Under the pieces are notes generated by a model. That model worked only from the letters and a program-made list of their open reading frames with translations. It made no database searches and had not been told where the DNA came from. Position numbers and translations under genes: made by a program. 64,000 nucleotides of DNA from Patescibacteria group bacterium (lineage in GTDB: Bacteria > Patescibacteriota > Patescibacteriia > SBBC01 > CAIJZX01): the NCBI GenBank assembly GCA_038065275.1, contig JBBTRH010000005.1, forward strand, positions 103,195 through 167,194, read 5' to 3'. Shown here piece after piece: positions 18,105 through 26,235 of this stretch (the stretch's first letter is position 1; each line of letters opens with the position of its first letter).

Positions 18105-19022
18105 ATGGCGACGACCTACGATTTCGTGGCCGCGAACAAACGGCGTTCAGCGTTGCTGATCGCCGTTTTCGTGGTGGTCATCGTGGCCGTCGGCTGGGTT
18201 TTTATGAAGCTCCTGGGTTACGGGCCGATCGGATTAGTAATCGCCGTCATCGTCGCGGTCGGCATGAGCCTAGTCGGTTATTACAGCGGTGACAAAATTG
18301 CCCTGGCCACCGCCGGCGCCCAAGGTCCGATCAAGAAAGAAGACCAGGCTTACCTCTACACAATGGTGGAAAATTTGTGTATCGCCGCCGGTTTGCCGAT
18401 GCCGCGGGTCTACCTGATGAATGATCCGCAAATCAACGCCTTCGCCACCGGTCGCGGTCCGGAGCGCGCTTCGATCGCCGTCACCACCGGCGCGATTGAA
18501 CAATTAGAGAATGAGGAATTGGAAGGCGTCCTGGCGCATGAACTGTCGCACGTAAAAAATTATGACGTTCGTTACATGACCTTAGTCGCCATTTTAGTCG
18601 GTATTCTGACTCTGCTGTCCAATTATTTTTGGCGGGCAAGTTTTTTCGGCGGGCGGCGGCGCGGTAATGACTCGGGTGGCGGGCAATTGCAAGCGATCTT
18701 CATGATTATCGGCCTGGTCCTAATCATCATCGCCCCCATTCTCGGCCAGCTAATCCAGCTGGCCGTCTCGCGCAAACGCGAATTCTTGGCCGACGCGTCG
18801 GGCACCTTGTTGACGCGGTATCCGGAAGGATTAGCTCGCGCCTTAGAAAAAATCGGCGCCACGACCAGTCCGCTGGATCACGCCAACCAAGCCACCGCGC
18901 ACCTGTACATCAGCAATCCGTTCGGCCCGCAAGCGAAAGGAATGAGTAAACTGTTCAGCACCCATCCCCCGATCGCCGAACGCGTTAAAGCATTGCGGGC
19001 AATGGATCATTCCCCGGCATAG
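18105..19022 (+). CDS. htpX: Zinc metalloprotease HtpX (M48)
   Basis: NAFATG, HELSH, SRKREFLAD, FSTHPP; adjacent to lemA. Confidence 0.95.
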   Translation: MATTYDFVAANKRRSALLIAVFVVVIVAVGWVFMKLLGYGPIGLVIAVIVAVGMSLVGYYSGDKIALATAGAQGPIKKEDQAYLYTMVENLCIAAGLPMPRVYLMNDPQINAFATGRGPERASIAVTTGAIEQLENEELEGVLAHELSHVKNYDVRYMTLVAILVGILTLLSNYFWRASFFGGRRRGNDSGGGQLQAIFMIIGLVLIIIAPILGQLIQLAVSRKREFLADASGTLLTRYPEGLARALEKIGATTSPLDHANQATAHLYISNPFGPQAKGMSKLFSTHPPIAERVKALRAMDHSPA

Positions 19023-19049
19023 TTTTCACCCACTAAACCACCGGCGTTT

Positions 19050-19793
19050 ATGGAACAGCAGTCTGTCACGCCAACATCGAAGCCGCCGATGCGGCCGTTC
19101 ATGGACCTCTTCCGCGACGCCTGGGCGCGTTACAACCAACGGTTCATCATGCTGATGGGCATTTCTCTGCTGGCCAACGCGGGTGCGATTGGGGATTTGG
19201 TTTATCACCAGTTGGCCCGCCTGGCGGTCGCGCCCGGCAGTCTATTGGCCGCTCAAATCGCGATCTGGCTGATCGGAGCGGCGCTCAGCGTTTGGGGTTA
19301 CTTGGCGCTGTACGCCAGCGTCTGCCGGCCGAAACAGGTAGCCTCGGTCAGCCAAGCCTTTCGCGTCGGCGGGCCGTTTTTCCTGTCCAGCCTGACGACC
19401 GGCATTTTGGTCGGAGCCTGGGTACTGCTGGGGCTGATCCTGCTGATTCTGCCGGGCATTTATTGGGCTACACTGTACAGTGTGGCCATGTTCGTCGTCT
19501 TTAAGGAGGGGTTGACCAACACCGCCGCCTTGGCTCGCAGTAAGCAATTAGTCAAGCCGCATTGGTCGGGCGTGCTGTGGCGCCAATTGGGTTTTGGACT
19601 GGTGGTAGTCGTGCCGGCCACCGCCATTACGATGATATTGCCGCTCGGTTTTAAAGTCCTGCCGCCAGCCGTCGAATTGCTGGCCAATGACGCCGCCGTT
19701 TTGATTCTTAACGTCTTGTTGTATCCGGCTGGGCTGTTGTTTTTAACCACCATCTACGAGAACCTAGTCGAGCTCCAGGCTAAGCCGGCGTAA
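19050..19793 (+). CDS. Integral membrane protein (glycerophosphodiester phosphodiesterase membrane-domain-like)
   Basis: Several TM segments; LLILPGIY and ALARSKQLVK motifs. Confidence 0.7.
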   Translation: MEQQSVTPTSKPPMRPFMDLFRDAWARYNQRFIMLMGISLLANAGAIGDLVYHQLARLAVAPGSLLAAQIAIWLIGAALSVWGYLALYASVCRPKQVASVSQAFRVGGPFFLSSLTTGILVGAWVLLGLILLILPGIYWATLYSVAMFVVFKEGLTNTAALARSKQLVKPHWSGVLWRQLGFGLVVVVPATAITMILPLGFKVLPPAVELLANDAAVLILNVLLYPAGLLFLTTIYENLVELQAKPA

Positions 19794-19818
19794 CGCACGA
19801 CTGTTCTTCCACCACGCC

Positions 19819-19846
19819 ACATCGCACGCTTGAGAGCGTGCGATGT
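19819..19846. terminator. Perfect 12-bp hairpin downstream of the lemA-htpX unit
   Basis: ACATCGCACGCT-tgag-AGCGTGCGATGT. There is no adjacent U-tract, so it may instead be a REP-like element. Confidence 0.4.
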
Positions 19847-19918
19847 AGAGAAGAGGGGTCACGACCTGACGACGTTTTCCTTTTTACGCGCCGCTAACTC
19901 TCCGGGGGGGTTTTTCGG

Positions 19919-19947
19919 TTGACACGGTCATTCGTTTCTGGTAGCCT
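19919..19947 (+). promoter_or_regulatory. Putative clpC promoter
   Basis: TTGACA-17 nt-TAGCCT. Confidence 0.5.
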
Positions 19948-19968
19948 GCGGTGGACGCATCTATAAAC

Positions 19969-22542
19969 ATGGACGATCTCAAACCCGACATCCTGGCCAA
20001 GTTCACGGCTCACCTCAACAGCGCCCTGACCTACGCGGCGGAGTTGACCGTCGAGCTGAAAAACCGCTATGTCAACCCCGAACATCTGCTGTTCGGCTTG
20101 GCGGAAACGAAAGGCGGCGTGGCCCACGAACTCCTGCGGAAGTCGGGCGTCAAACTCGACGCCCTGCGCGATTTAATTTCCGTGCGCAATGAACCGTTGA
20201 CCAAGCCGGGCCTTAGCCTGACCTTAACTGACGTCAAGTTTTCCCTGCCCGCTAAACGCGTCCTGGAAAAGGCCGTCTTGATCGCCGCCAACTACCACCA
20301 CAAGTACGTTGGGACCGAGCACGTGTTCGCTGGATTGCTGGAAATCGGCGACCCGACGCTCGAACAAATCATGAAGGAAAACGGCTTGAACGTCCGCGAA
20401 GCGAAACGCCAATTGGTCAGCGTCCTCAATAATACCTCGAAATTTCCCGACCTGGCCGGGTTTTTCGAGGGCGGATCCGAACCAGCTCAGCCGGAAGAGG
20501 CCATCGTCGCCCCCGGCGGGCCCGGCCGCCAGCCCGGAACCGGCCAGCATCCGGCCCTGGAATTTTTCGCCACCGATCTGACCAATGACCAGGTGCAAAC
20601 GACCATTGATCCGGTCATCGGCCGCCAGCGGGAGATTGAACGCGTCATCCACATCCTGTCCCGCCGGACGAAGAACAATCCCGTCCTGATCGGCGATCCC
20701 GGCGTCGGCAAGACGGCCATCGTTGAAGGCCTAGCCAAAAAAATTCTCCGCGGCGAGGTGCCGGAAGCGTTGCAACACAAGCGTATCTTAGCTCTCGATT
20801 TAGGCTTAGTCGTGGCTGGCACGATGTACCGCGGCGAATTCGAATCGCGCTTGAAGCAGATTATCGACGAAATCAAGGCCGATCCGAGCATTATCCTGTT
20901 CATTGACGAACTTCATACCATCATCGGCGCCGGGGCCGCCTCGGGCTCAATGGACGCCGCCAACCTGCTCAAACCGGCCCTGGCCAAGGGACAGATCCGG
21001 ACCATCGGCGCCACCACCCTGGAAGAATACAAGAAACATATCGAATCCGACGCGGCGCTGGAACGCCGTTTCCAGCCGGTGATCGTCGACGAACCGTCGC
21101 CGGCCGACACCCTCAGCATCCTCAAGGGCGTCCGGTCGAATTACGAGAAGTTCCACCATGTGGCGATTTCCGACGAAGCCATCGACGCGGCGGTCCAGCT
21201 GTCCGTCCGTTATCTCCAAGACCGCTTCTTGCCGGATAAAGCCATTGATCTGATCGACGAGGCCGCCTCAAAGCTCAAGGTCAGCCGCGGCAGTTCGCCG
21301 CTGGCCAAACAGCTCCGCCAGCTGGAAGAGCAGTTGGCTGATTTACACCGCCGCAAGCACCAGGCCGTTCAAGCTGAGCAGTTCGACGAAGCGCTGACTC
21401 TCAAGCACGACGAGCAAGCGCTACGCCAGAAGATCGTCAAACTCGAAAATCGCGAGCGGGCCGGTCCGGTCTCAACGGTCGGCACCATCGGCCAGCGGGA
21501 CATCGCCGACGTGATAGCCCGGATAACTGGCGTGCCGGTCGCCGACCTGGTCCAATCAGAGCGGCAACGGCTACTCAACCTCGACACGTTACTGCAACAG
21601 CGCATCGTCGGTCAAGATGAAGCCTTGCACACCATTGCCGACTTTATCCGCCGTTCCCGCGTCGGATTGGCCAACCCGAATAAGCCGATCGCGTCGTTCA
21701 TCTTCCTCGGCCCCTCCGGCGTCGGGAAGACCGAGACCGTTAAAGAGATCGCCCGCACGGTGTTCGAGGATGCGAGCGCGCTGATCCGCATCGATATGTC
21801 CGAATTCCAGGAGAGTTTCAACATCAGCAAGCTGATCGGCGCGCCGGCCGGTTACGTCGGCTACAAAGAGGGCGCCAAACTGACCGACGCCGTTAAGCGC
21901 AAACCGTACGCGGTCGTGCTGTTCGACGAAATAGAAAAGGCCCACCCCGACGTTTTCAATCTTCTGCTCCAGGTGCTCGACGAAGGACATTTGACCGATG
22001 CGGTGGGCAAGCGCGTGAATTTCAAGAACACCATCGTCATCATGACCTCGAACATCGGCCTGCAGGGGTTCAACCAAGCGCAGTCGATCGGGTTCGAAGT
22101 AACCGACCGGCCGGCCAAGCGGAAACTCGACGATGACTACGCCGCGCTGAAGGAGCGGGTGCTGGAAGAACTGCGCCGGACCTTCCGACCGGAGTTCCTG
22201 AACCGCATCGACCAGACCATCGTCTACCGGCCGTTGGCCCTGGCTTCAGTCGAGAAGATCGTCGAGTTGCATATGGCGGAAGTTCAATCCCGCTTGGCTA
22301 AGCAGAAGATTAAAATCAAAGTCTCGACCACCGCCCGCAAAAAGATCGCCGCCCTGGGTTTCAGCCCCGAGTACGGAGCCCGCGCCGTCCGGCGCGTCAT
22401 CCAGGAACAGGTCGAGAACCCCTTAGCCGGCCTGTTGCTCAACGGACAGTTGAAAGACGGCCAGACCGTCCAGGTCGGACTCCACCAGGGGAAGCTGGTT
22501 TTAGCCCCGTTAGAGGCGTTGAAACGGAAGGTCAGTCGATAG
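19969..22542 (+). CDS. clpC: ATP-dependent Clp protease ATP-binding subunit ClpC
   Basis: ClpN repeats, NBD1 GDPGVGKT / [19 protein letters not shown], short coiled coil, NBD2 [11 protein letters not shown] loop. Confidence 0.93.
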   Translation: MDDLKPDILAKFTAHLNSALTYAAELTVELKNRYVNPEHLLFGLAETKGGVAHELLRKSGVKLDALRDLISVRNEPLTKPGLSLTLTDVKFSLPAKRVLEKAVLIAANYHHKYVGTEHVFAGLLEIGDPTLEQIMKENGLNVREAKRQLVSVLNNTSKFPDLAGFFEGGSEPAQPEEAIVAPGGPGRQPGTGQHPALEFFATDLTNDQVQTTIDPVIGRQREIERVIHILSRRTKNNPVLIGDPGVGKTAIVEGLAKKILRGEVPEALQHKRILALDLGLVVAGTMYRGEFESRLKQIIDEIKADPSIILFIDELHTIIGAGAASGSMDAANLLKPALAKGQIRTIGATTLEEYKKHIESDAALERRFQPVIVDEPSPADTLSILKGVRSNYEKFHHVAISDEAIDAAVQLSVRYLQDRFLPDKAIDLIDEAASKLKVSRGSSPLAKQLRQLEEQLADLHRRKHQAVQAEQFDEALTLKHDEQALRQKIVKLENRERAGPVSTVGTIGQRDIADVIARITGVPVADLVQSERQRLLNLDTLLQQRIVGQDEALHTIADFIRRSRVGLANPNKPIASFIFLGPSGVGKTETVKEIARTVFEDASALIRIDMSEFQESFNISKLIGAPAGYVGYKEGAKLTDAVKRKPYAVVLFDEIEKAHPDVFNLLLQVLDEGHLTDAVGKRVNFKNTIVIMTSNIGLQGFNQAQSIGFEVTDRPAKRKLDDDYAALKERVLEELRRTFRPEFLNRIDQTIVYRPLALASVEKIVELHMAEVQSRLAKQKIKIKVSTTARKKIAALGFSPEYGARAVRRVIQEQVENPLAGLLLNGQLKDGQTVQVGLHQGKLVLAPLEALKRKVSR

Positions 22543-22649
22543 ACGGTTGTTGTTCTCCGATACGTGGCCGTAGTAGGATTGACAAATCACCAGACCTAAG
22601 ATAAATTAGGCCCAGTGACTTGGCACGCGTACTGCCGTTTTGTTTTCCT

Positions 22650-23172
22650 TGTCATTTCGAGCCCATTTTCTTTTTTGTCATTTCGACCCCGAGCCGGGTC
22701 GAGGGGGAGAAATCTGCTCTGAGATAACAGAAGCGCAACATGAACAACAAATTCTACAGGGAGTGATTACGGTCTACAATATTTTTAGCAGTTGAAATGA
22801 GATGCGAACGACAATATTTCGTTTATATGATGGCTAGCGTCAATCGTCGGGCCTTGTATATTGGCGTGACGAATAACCTCATCCGACGCGTGCTTGAACA
22901 CAAACGCGGTGACGTGGCTGGTTTTACGAAACAATATCATTGCGTTGTCTTAGCTTGGTACGATGTAACCGACGACGTGGCGGGAGCAATTGATACAGAA
23001 AAACGAATTAAAAAATGGCGTCGCTCGAAAAAGAATGCCTTAATTGAAACGATCAATCCAAACTGGCTCGACTTAACGTCACAAATACTAGACGGGTAGG
23101 GGGGCAGATCTCTCGCTTCGCTACGGCTTCGCTCGAGATGACAGGAGGCGTGGTGCTCTGTTCGAGATGACA
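22650..23172. mobile_element. GIY-YIG gene flanked by doubled TGTCATTTCGA/TCGAGATGACA inverted repeats
   Basis: Left side: TGTCATTTCGAGC (22650) and TGTCATTTCGA...GAGAAATCTGC (22676-22718). Right side: GCAGATCTCTC...GCTCGAGATGACA (23104-23143) and TTCGAGATGACA (23161-23172). Confidence 0.75.
22797..23099 (+). CDS. GIY-YIG nuclease family protein
   Basis: YFVYMM...LYIGVTNNL.RRV.EHK, EKRIKKWRR.KK.ALIE..NP.W.DL; visibly AT-rich. Confidence 0.93.
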   Translation: MRCERQYFVYMMASVNRRALYIGVTNNLIRRVLEHKRGDVAGFTKQYHCVVLAWYDVTDDVAGAIDTEKRIKKWRRSKKNALIETINPNWLDLTSQILDG

Positions 23173-23285
23173 GGGGGGTTTGCGTTTTAGTTGATGGGGC
23201 TGGATTGACAAAACCAAAGCTTATGTATTAACCTTAGAAGACAATGGTTTGGCGTTCCGCCCTAGGCGGATTAGCTCAGTTTTTT

Positions 23286-23969
23286 ATGTTCCTCGTCACC
23301 AAGTTCATCGATCTCATCTTCCCGCCGCTGTGCGTCCACTGCGGCCGCGAGGGCGCTTGGCTGTGCCTAACCGCCCAGACCAGCCTCAACCATGAACAAC
23401 TGTTGATTGATCCCCTGCCCATTCGCGGCGTGGATCGTGTCATCACCCGCGGCTCGTACGACTGCGAACCGCTAGCCCAGCTGATCCAGAAATTGAAATA
23501 CCACTACTGGACCGGCCTGTCCGAAGTGTTGGTTGGCGTCCTGGAACCATGCCGTTCGGAATTGTCCGGGCTGGCCGACGCGGTCCTGGTCCCGGTCCCA
23601 TTACACCGGCGCCGCCAGCGCGAACGAGGGTTCAATCAATCGCTCCTCATCAGCCAGGCCCTGCGTCGCGTCACCGGCCGGCCAATCACACCCCTGCTGG
23701 CCTGCATGAAGTACACCGCTCCGCAGGCGCGCTTGTCGGCCGTTGCCCGGCTGACGAACATGATCGGCGCCTTCGGACGCGACCGGCGGGTTGCCAGCCA
23801 CCGTCGAACTACGCGCGGCGAGGCCCCGCCTGCTGGCGGTGGGTGGCCGTCATCTGTTATACTCGTCGATGACGTCATCACCACCGGATCGACCATGGCC
23901 GAGTGCGCGTCGGTTCTTCGACAACACGGTGTCCGCGACATTACGGCCGTGGCGCTGGCGAAAGGGTAA
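23286..23969 (+). CDS. comF: ComF family phosphoribosyltransferase-like competence protein
   Basis: IFPP.CVHC, LKY, VPVPLH..RQRERGFNQS, LVDDVITTGST. Start ATG 23286. Confidence 0.9.
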   Translation: MFLVTKFIDLIFPPLCVHCGREGAWLCLTAQTSLNHEQLLIDPLPIRGVDRVITRGSYDCEPLAQLIQKLKYHYWTGLSEVLVGVLEPCRSELSGLADAVLVPVPLHRRRQRERGFNQSLLISQALRRVTGRPITPLLACMKYTAPQARLSAVARLTNMIGAFGRDRRVASHRRTTRGEAPPAGGGWPSSVILVDDVITTGSTMAECASVLRQHGVRDITAVALAKG

Positions 23970-24084
23970 TGCCAAGAGCGGAGAGGTGGCCGAGTGGCTG
24001 TCCGGTCATCCGACCGGATAAAAGGGCAGAGTTGCGGTTTATGAAATATTGGCGGCTTGGTAATGGTAATAAAGTGATTCGCTT

Positions 24085-24360
24085 ATGACATATGTTTATT
24101 TCTTACTGCTAAATAATGGTACAATCTACAAGGGCGCGACCGAATCGGTTAAACACCGTCTCGTAGAACATCGCTCCGGCCAAGTCAAATCGACGAGAAG
24201 TTACCTACCAGTGGTATTACTCGGTTATGAAGCATACAAATTGTCCAGCGACGCTTATCGAAGAGAACGATTTCTTAAAACAACCGAAGGTCGCAGGTTA
24301 TTACGTCAACAGTACCGGGATATTATTCAGGAAGAAATTATCAAACTAAAAACAACCTAA
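24085..24360 (+). CDS. GIY-YIG nuclease family protein
   Basis: YVYFL...IYKGAT..V.HRL.EH..G.V.STR...YEAY...DA..RERFLKT..GRR.L. Confidence 0.9.
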   Translation: MTYVYFLLLNNGTIYKGATESVKHRLVEHRSGQVKSTRSYLPVVLLGYEAYKLSSDAYRRERFLKTTEGRRLLRQQYRDIIQEEIIKLKTT

Positions 24361-24375
24361 ATCCTATCCCAGAGC

Positions 24376-24797
24376 GGAGAGGTGGCCGAGTGGCTACCCG
24401 CCTACGCCTGCTGGCTTCGGCGGATCCATCCTATCTGATCTTTGTGAAAGGAGATGGAAAGGCGGCAGGTTGTCCCGCCCCCTTAACAACACACTAGGTA
24501 ACGAAGGCGGGATCCCGCACCGGTGCGGAGAGGTGGCCGAGTGGCTGAAGGCGGCAGGTTGCTAACCTGTTATAGGGGGTTAAACCCTTATCGCGAGTTC
24601 GAATCTCGCCCTCTCCGCTCTGGTGCGGTGACTAACCTGTTATACGGGGTTAAACCCGTCCGGTCATCCGACCGGACGTCAGGGGTTAATCCCTTGACGT
24701 ATCGTGGGTTCTCCGCCTCCGTACCGCTTCGGCGGCACTGCGGCGGATCCGTCCGAAGTTGCCGCAGTAACGGAGGCGGAAAATTCCACCCTCTCCG
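24376..24797 (+). pseudogene. tRNA-Ser(GCT) copy interrupted by four insertions (pseudogene or multi-intron tRNA)
   Basis: Segments 24376-24395, 24459-24472, 24632-24658, 24700-24711 and 24781-24797 join into a cloverleaf. Confidence 0.75.
24527..24617 (+). tRNA. tRNA-Ser(GCT), intact, CCA not encoded
   Basis: Acceptor GGAGAGG/CCTCTCC, anticodon arm GCAGG-TTGCTAA-CCTGT, long variable arm, GTTCGAATC T loop, discriminator G. Confidence 0.95.
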
Positions 24798-24870
24798 CCC
24801 TGGGATGGTAAAATACTAAATCCTAGTCCGGTCGGATGACCGGATCGCCCTCTCCGCTCTGGGCAATAAC

Positions 24871-25333
24871 GTCAGTTTGCCGACCACTGCCGAGCACTCT
24901 CGGCGGGGCCCGCCCGAAGGCGGTGGGTGGTCTTCCGCCTACGTCTGTCGGACTTCGGCGGATCCGCCCTACTTGACCGAAGTGAGCGGAGGCGGAAAAA
25001 CGATGGTCTTGTCACCGCACCAGAGCGGAGGAGTGCCGGAGTCCCCGAACCACTAATGGGTTCGGGGCAGGGGTTGAACGGGGCAGTCTTGTCACCGCCT
25101 TTGGCGGAAGGTTGGCTGAGTGGTCTAAACACAATTCATGGGGAGAGCGGAGGCGTGCGAGAGTGGTTGAATCGGGCAGTCTTGAAAACTGCTAGACCCG
25201 CAAGGGTCTCGTAGGTTCGAATCCTACCGCCTCCGCTCTCCTTGTGAGTCTTGCCCGGCGGAGCCGGGTCCGGCTCTGCCGGAAAAACCGGAATACCCGC
25301 AAAGGATATCGAAAATTCCCCGCCCGCCCTTCC
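24871..25333 (+). pseudogene. Series of interrupted/decayed tRNA-Ser(TGA)-like copies surrounding the intact gene
   Basis: 5' halves at 24871-25011, 25027-25091 and 25106-25129. A 3'-half-like CTTG[hairpin]AAAACCGG...CCCTTCC lies at about 25250-25333. Confidence 0.6.
25149..25235 (+). tRNA. tRNA-Ser(TGA), intact, CCA not encoded
   Basis: Acceptor GGAGGCG/CGCCTCC, anticodon arm GCAGT-CTTGAAA-ACTGC, variable arm AGACCCGCAAGGGTCT, GGTTCGAATCC. Confidence 0.95.
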
Positions 25334-25385
25334 TATCCCCCCCTTCTCGGTTCTCAGCCGCTTCGTGCTATACTATCCTCATGGT

Positions 25386-25456
25386 CCCGTTAGACGGGGC
25401 CTCCGACAAGTTTTAAACAATATGCAAAAACTCGTTTCCTTAACCGTCTAACGGGG
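25386..25456. mobile_element. CCCCGTTAGA-TIR element copy 4
   Basis: Arms CCCGTTAGACGG/CCGTCTAACGGGG, immediately followed by ATG 25457. Confidence 0.75.
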
Positions 25457-25948
25457 ATGCCCGACCCCCAAGAACCGCGCGGCGACGTGCTGATGGAGTG
25501 GACCTTCCCTGAGTTCGTCCGCCACGACCGCGGCCGAGCCTGGTACGTGGCCTACGCCGTCATCACCGCCGGACTGATTGTCTTCAGCGTGATGTCGAAG
25601 AACTACACCTTCGTCATGCTGTTGGTGTTACTGACCCTGGTCCTGCTCATCCGCCTCCGCCGCGAGCCGCCGCCGGTTCGTTTCGCCATCCGCGATGAAG
25701 GCATCGAAGTCGGCCATGATTACCACCCCTGGCGCGAGCTCAAAGAATTCTGGATCATCTACCGGCCGCCGATCGTCAAGAAGATTTACTTCACTTTCAA
25801 AAGCGGCCTGCGGCCGGAAATTGATGTGTCCCTGGAAACTGAGAACCCGGTCCGCGTCCGGCAATATCTCAGCGAACGGTTGCTCGAGAACGCCAGCCGC
25901 GAGGAAGAGCCGGCCGGCGACCAAATCACCCGGTACCTGAAAATTTAA
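25457..25948 (+). CDS. Two-TM hypothetical membrane protein (DUF5673-like)
   Basis: W..PEF..H.R...WY, two TM helices, EGI.V....PW..L..FW. Confidence 0.75.
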   Translation: MPDPQEPRGDVLMEWTFPEFVRHDRGRAWYVAYAVITAGLIVFSVMSKNYTFVMLLVLLTLVLLIRLRREPPPVRFAIRDEGIEVGHDYHPWRELKEFWIIYRPPIVKKIYFTFKSGLRPEIDVSLETENPVRVRQYLSERLLENASREEEPAGDQITRYLKI

Positions 25949-26082
25949 CGCGACGAATGCCTGACCGTCGTCCGGTCTTCTTGGCGGCGAACAGGACCGT
26001 CACGTTTTTCTAAGCACGGAAAATAATATGGAACGGAAAATAGACAGCGTCTTTTCCATATGCTACCATGGCCGAGCATTAC

Positions 26083-26159
26083 GCGCCCGTAGCTCAGTTG
26101 GATAGAGTACAAGCTTGCGGAGCTTGGGGTCGGAGGTTCGAATCCTCCCGGGCGCACCA
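26083..26159 (+). tRNA. tRNA-Arg(GCG)
   Basis: Acceptor GCGCCCG/CGGGCGC, TAGCTCAGTTGGATAGAG, anticodon arm CAAGC-TTGCGGA-GCTTG, GGTTCGAATCC, encoded CCA. Confidence 0.95.
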
Positions 26160-26235
26160 ACTGACGGCGAGTTATGAAAGGGCGTTGTGGCCGACCGTTC
26201 GCGGGTCTGGTTGTTTGGGTGCTACAATACCCGCC

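Larger units (their letters stand above)
24001..24844. mobile_element. Element bounded by an 18-bp IR, inserted between the two ends of a tRNA-Ser; carries GIY-YIG and nested tRNA copies
   Basis: TCCGGTCATCCGACCGGA (24001-24018) and TCCGGTCGGATGACCGGA (24827-24844). Flanked by a tRNA 5' end (23980-24000) and a tRNA 3' end (24845-24856). Confidence 0.75.

Noticed and set aside
22505-22515. Solitary CCCCGTTAGAG arm at the 3' end of clpC
   Set aside because: No partner arm was found nearby. It may be a relic or chance, so it was not counted as a copy.
24396-24780. Group I or II introns in the tRNA
   Set aside because: The inserts are about 40-160 nt simple hairpins, too short and with no recognisable catalytic core.
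23980-24856. Prophage or integrase att-site duplication as the explanation for the tRNA fragments
   Set aside because: No integrase or phage genes are present, and both 5' and 3' ends are repeated in nested order.
23970-25340. CRISPR array or protein ORFs (24523-24819, 24927-25214) in the repeat-rich tRNA region
   Set aside because: The repeats are tRNA segments and hairpins with irregular spacing, there are no cas genes, and the ORFs overlap tRNAs.
26068-26235. N-terminal extension of the RecG ORF in the track
   Set aside because: It runs through tRNA-Arg. ATG 26236 follows a -10 box and matches the expected RecG start.
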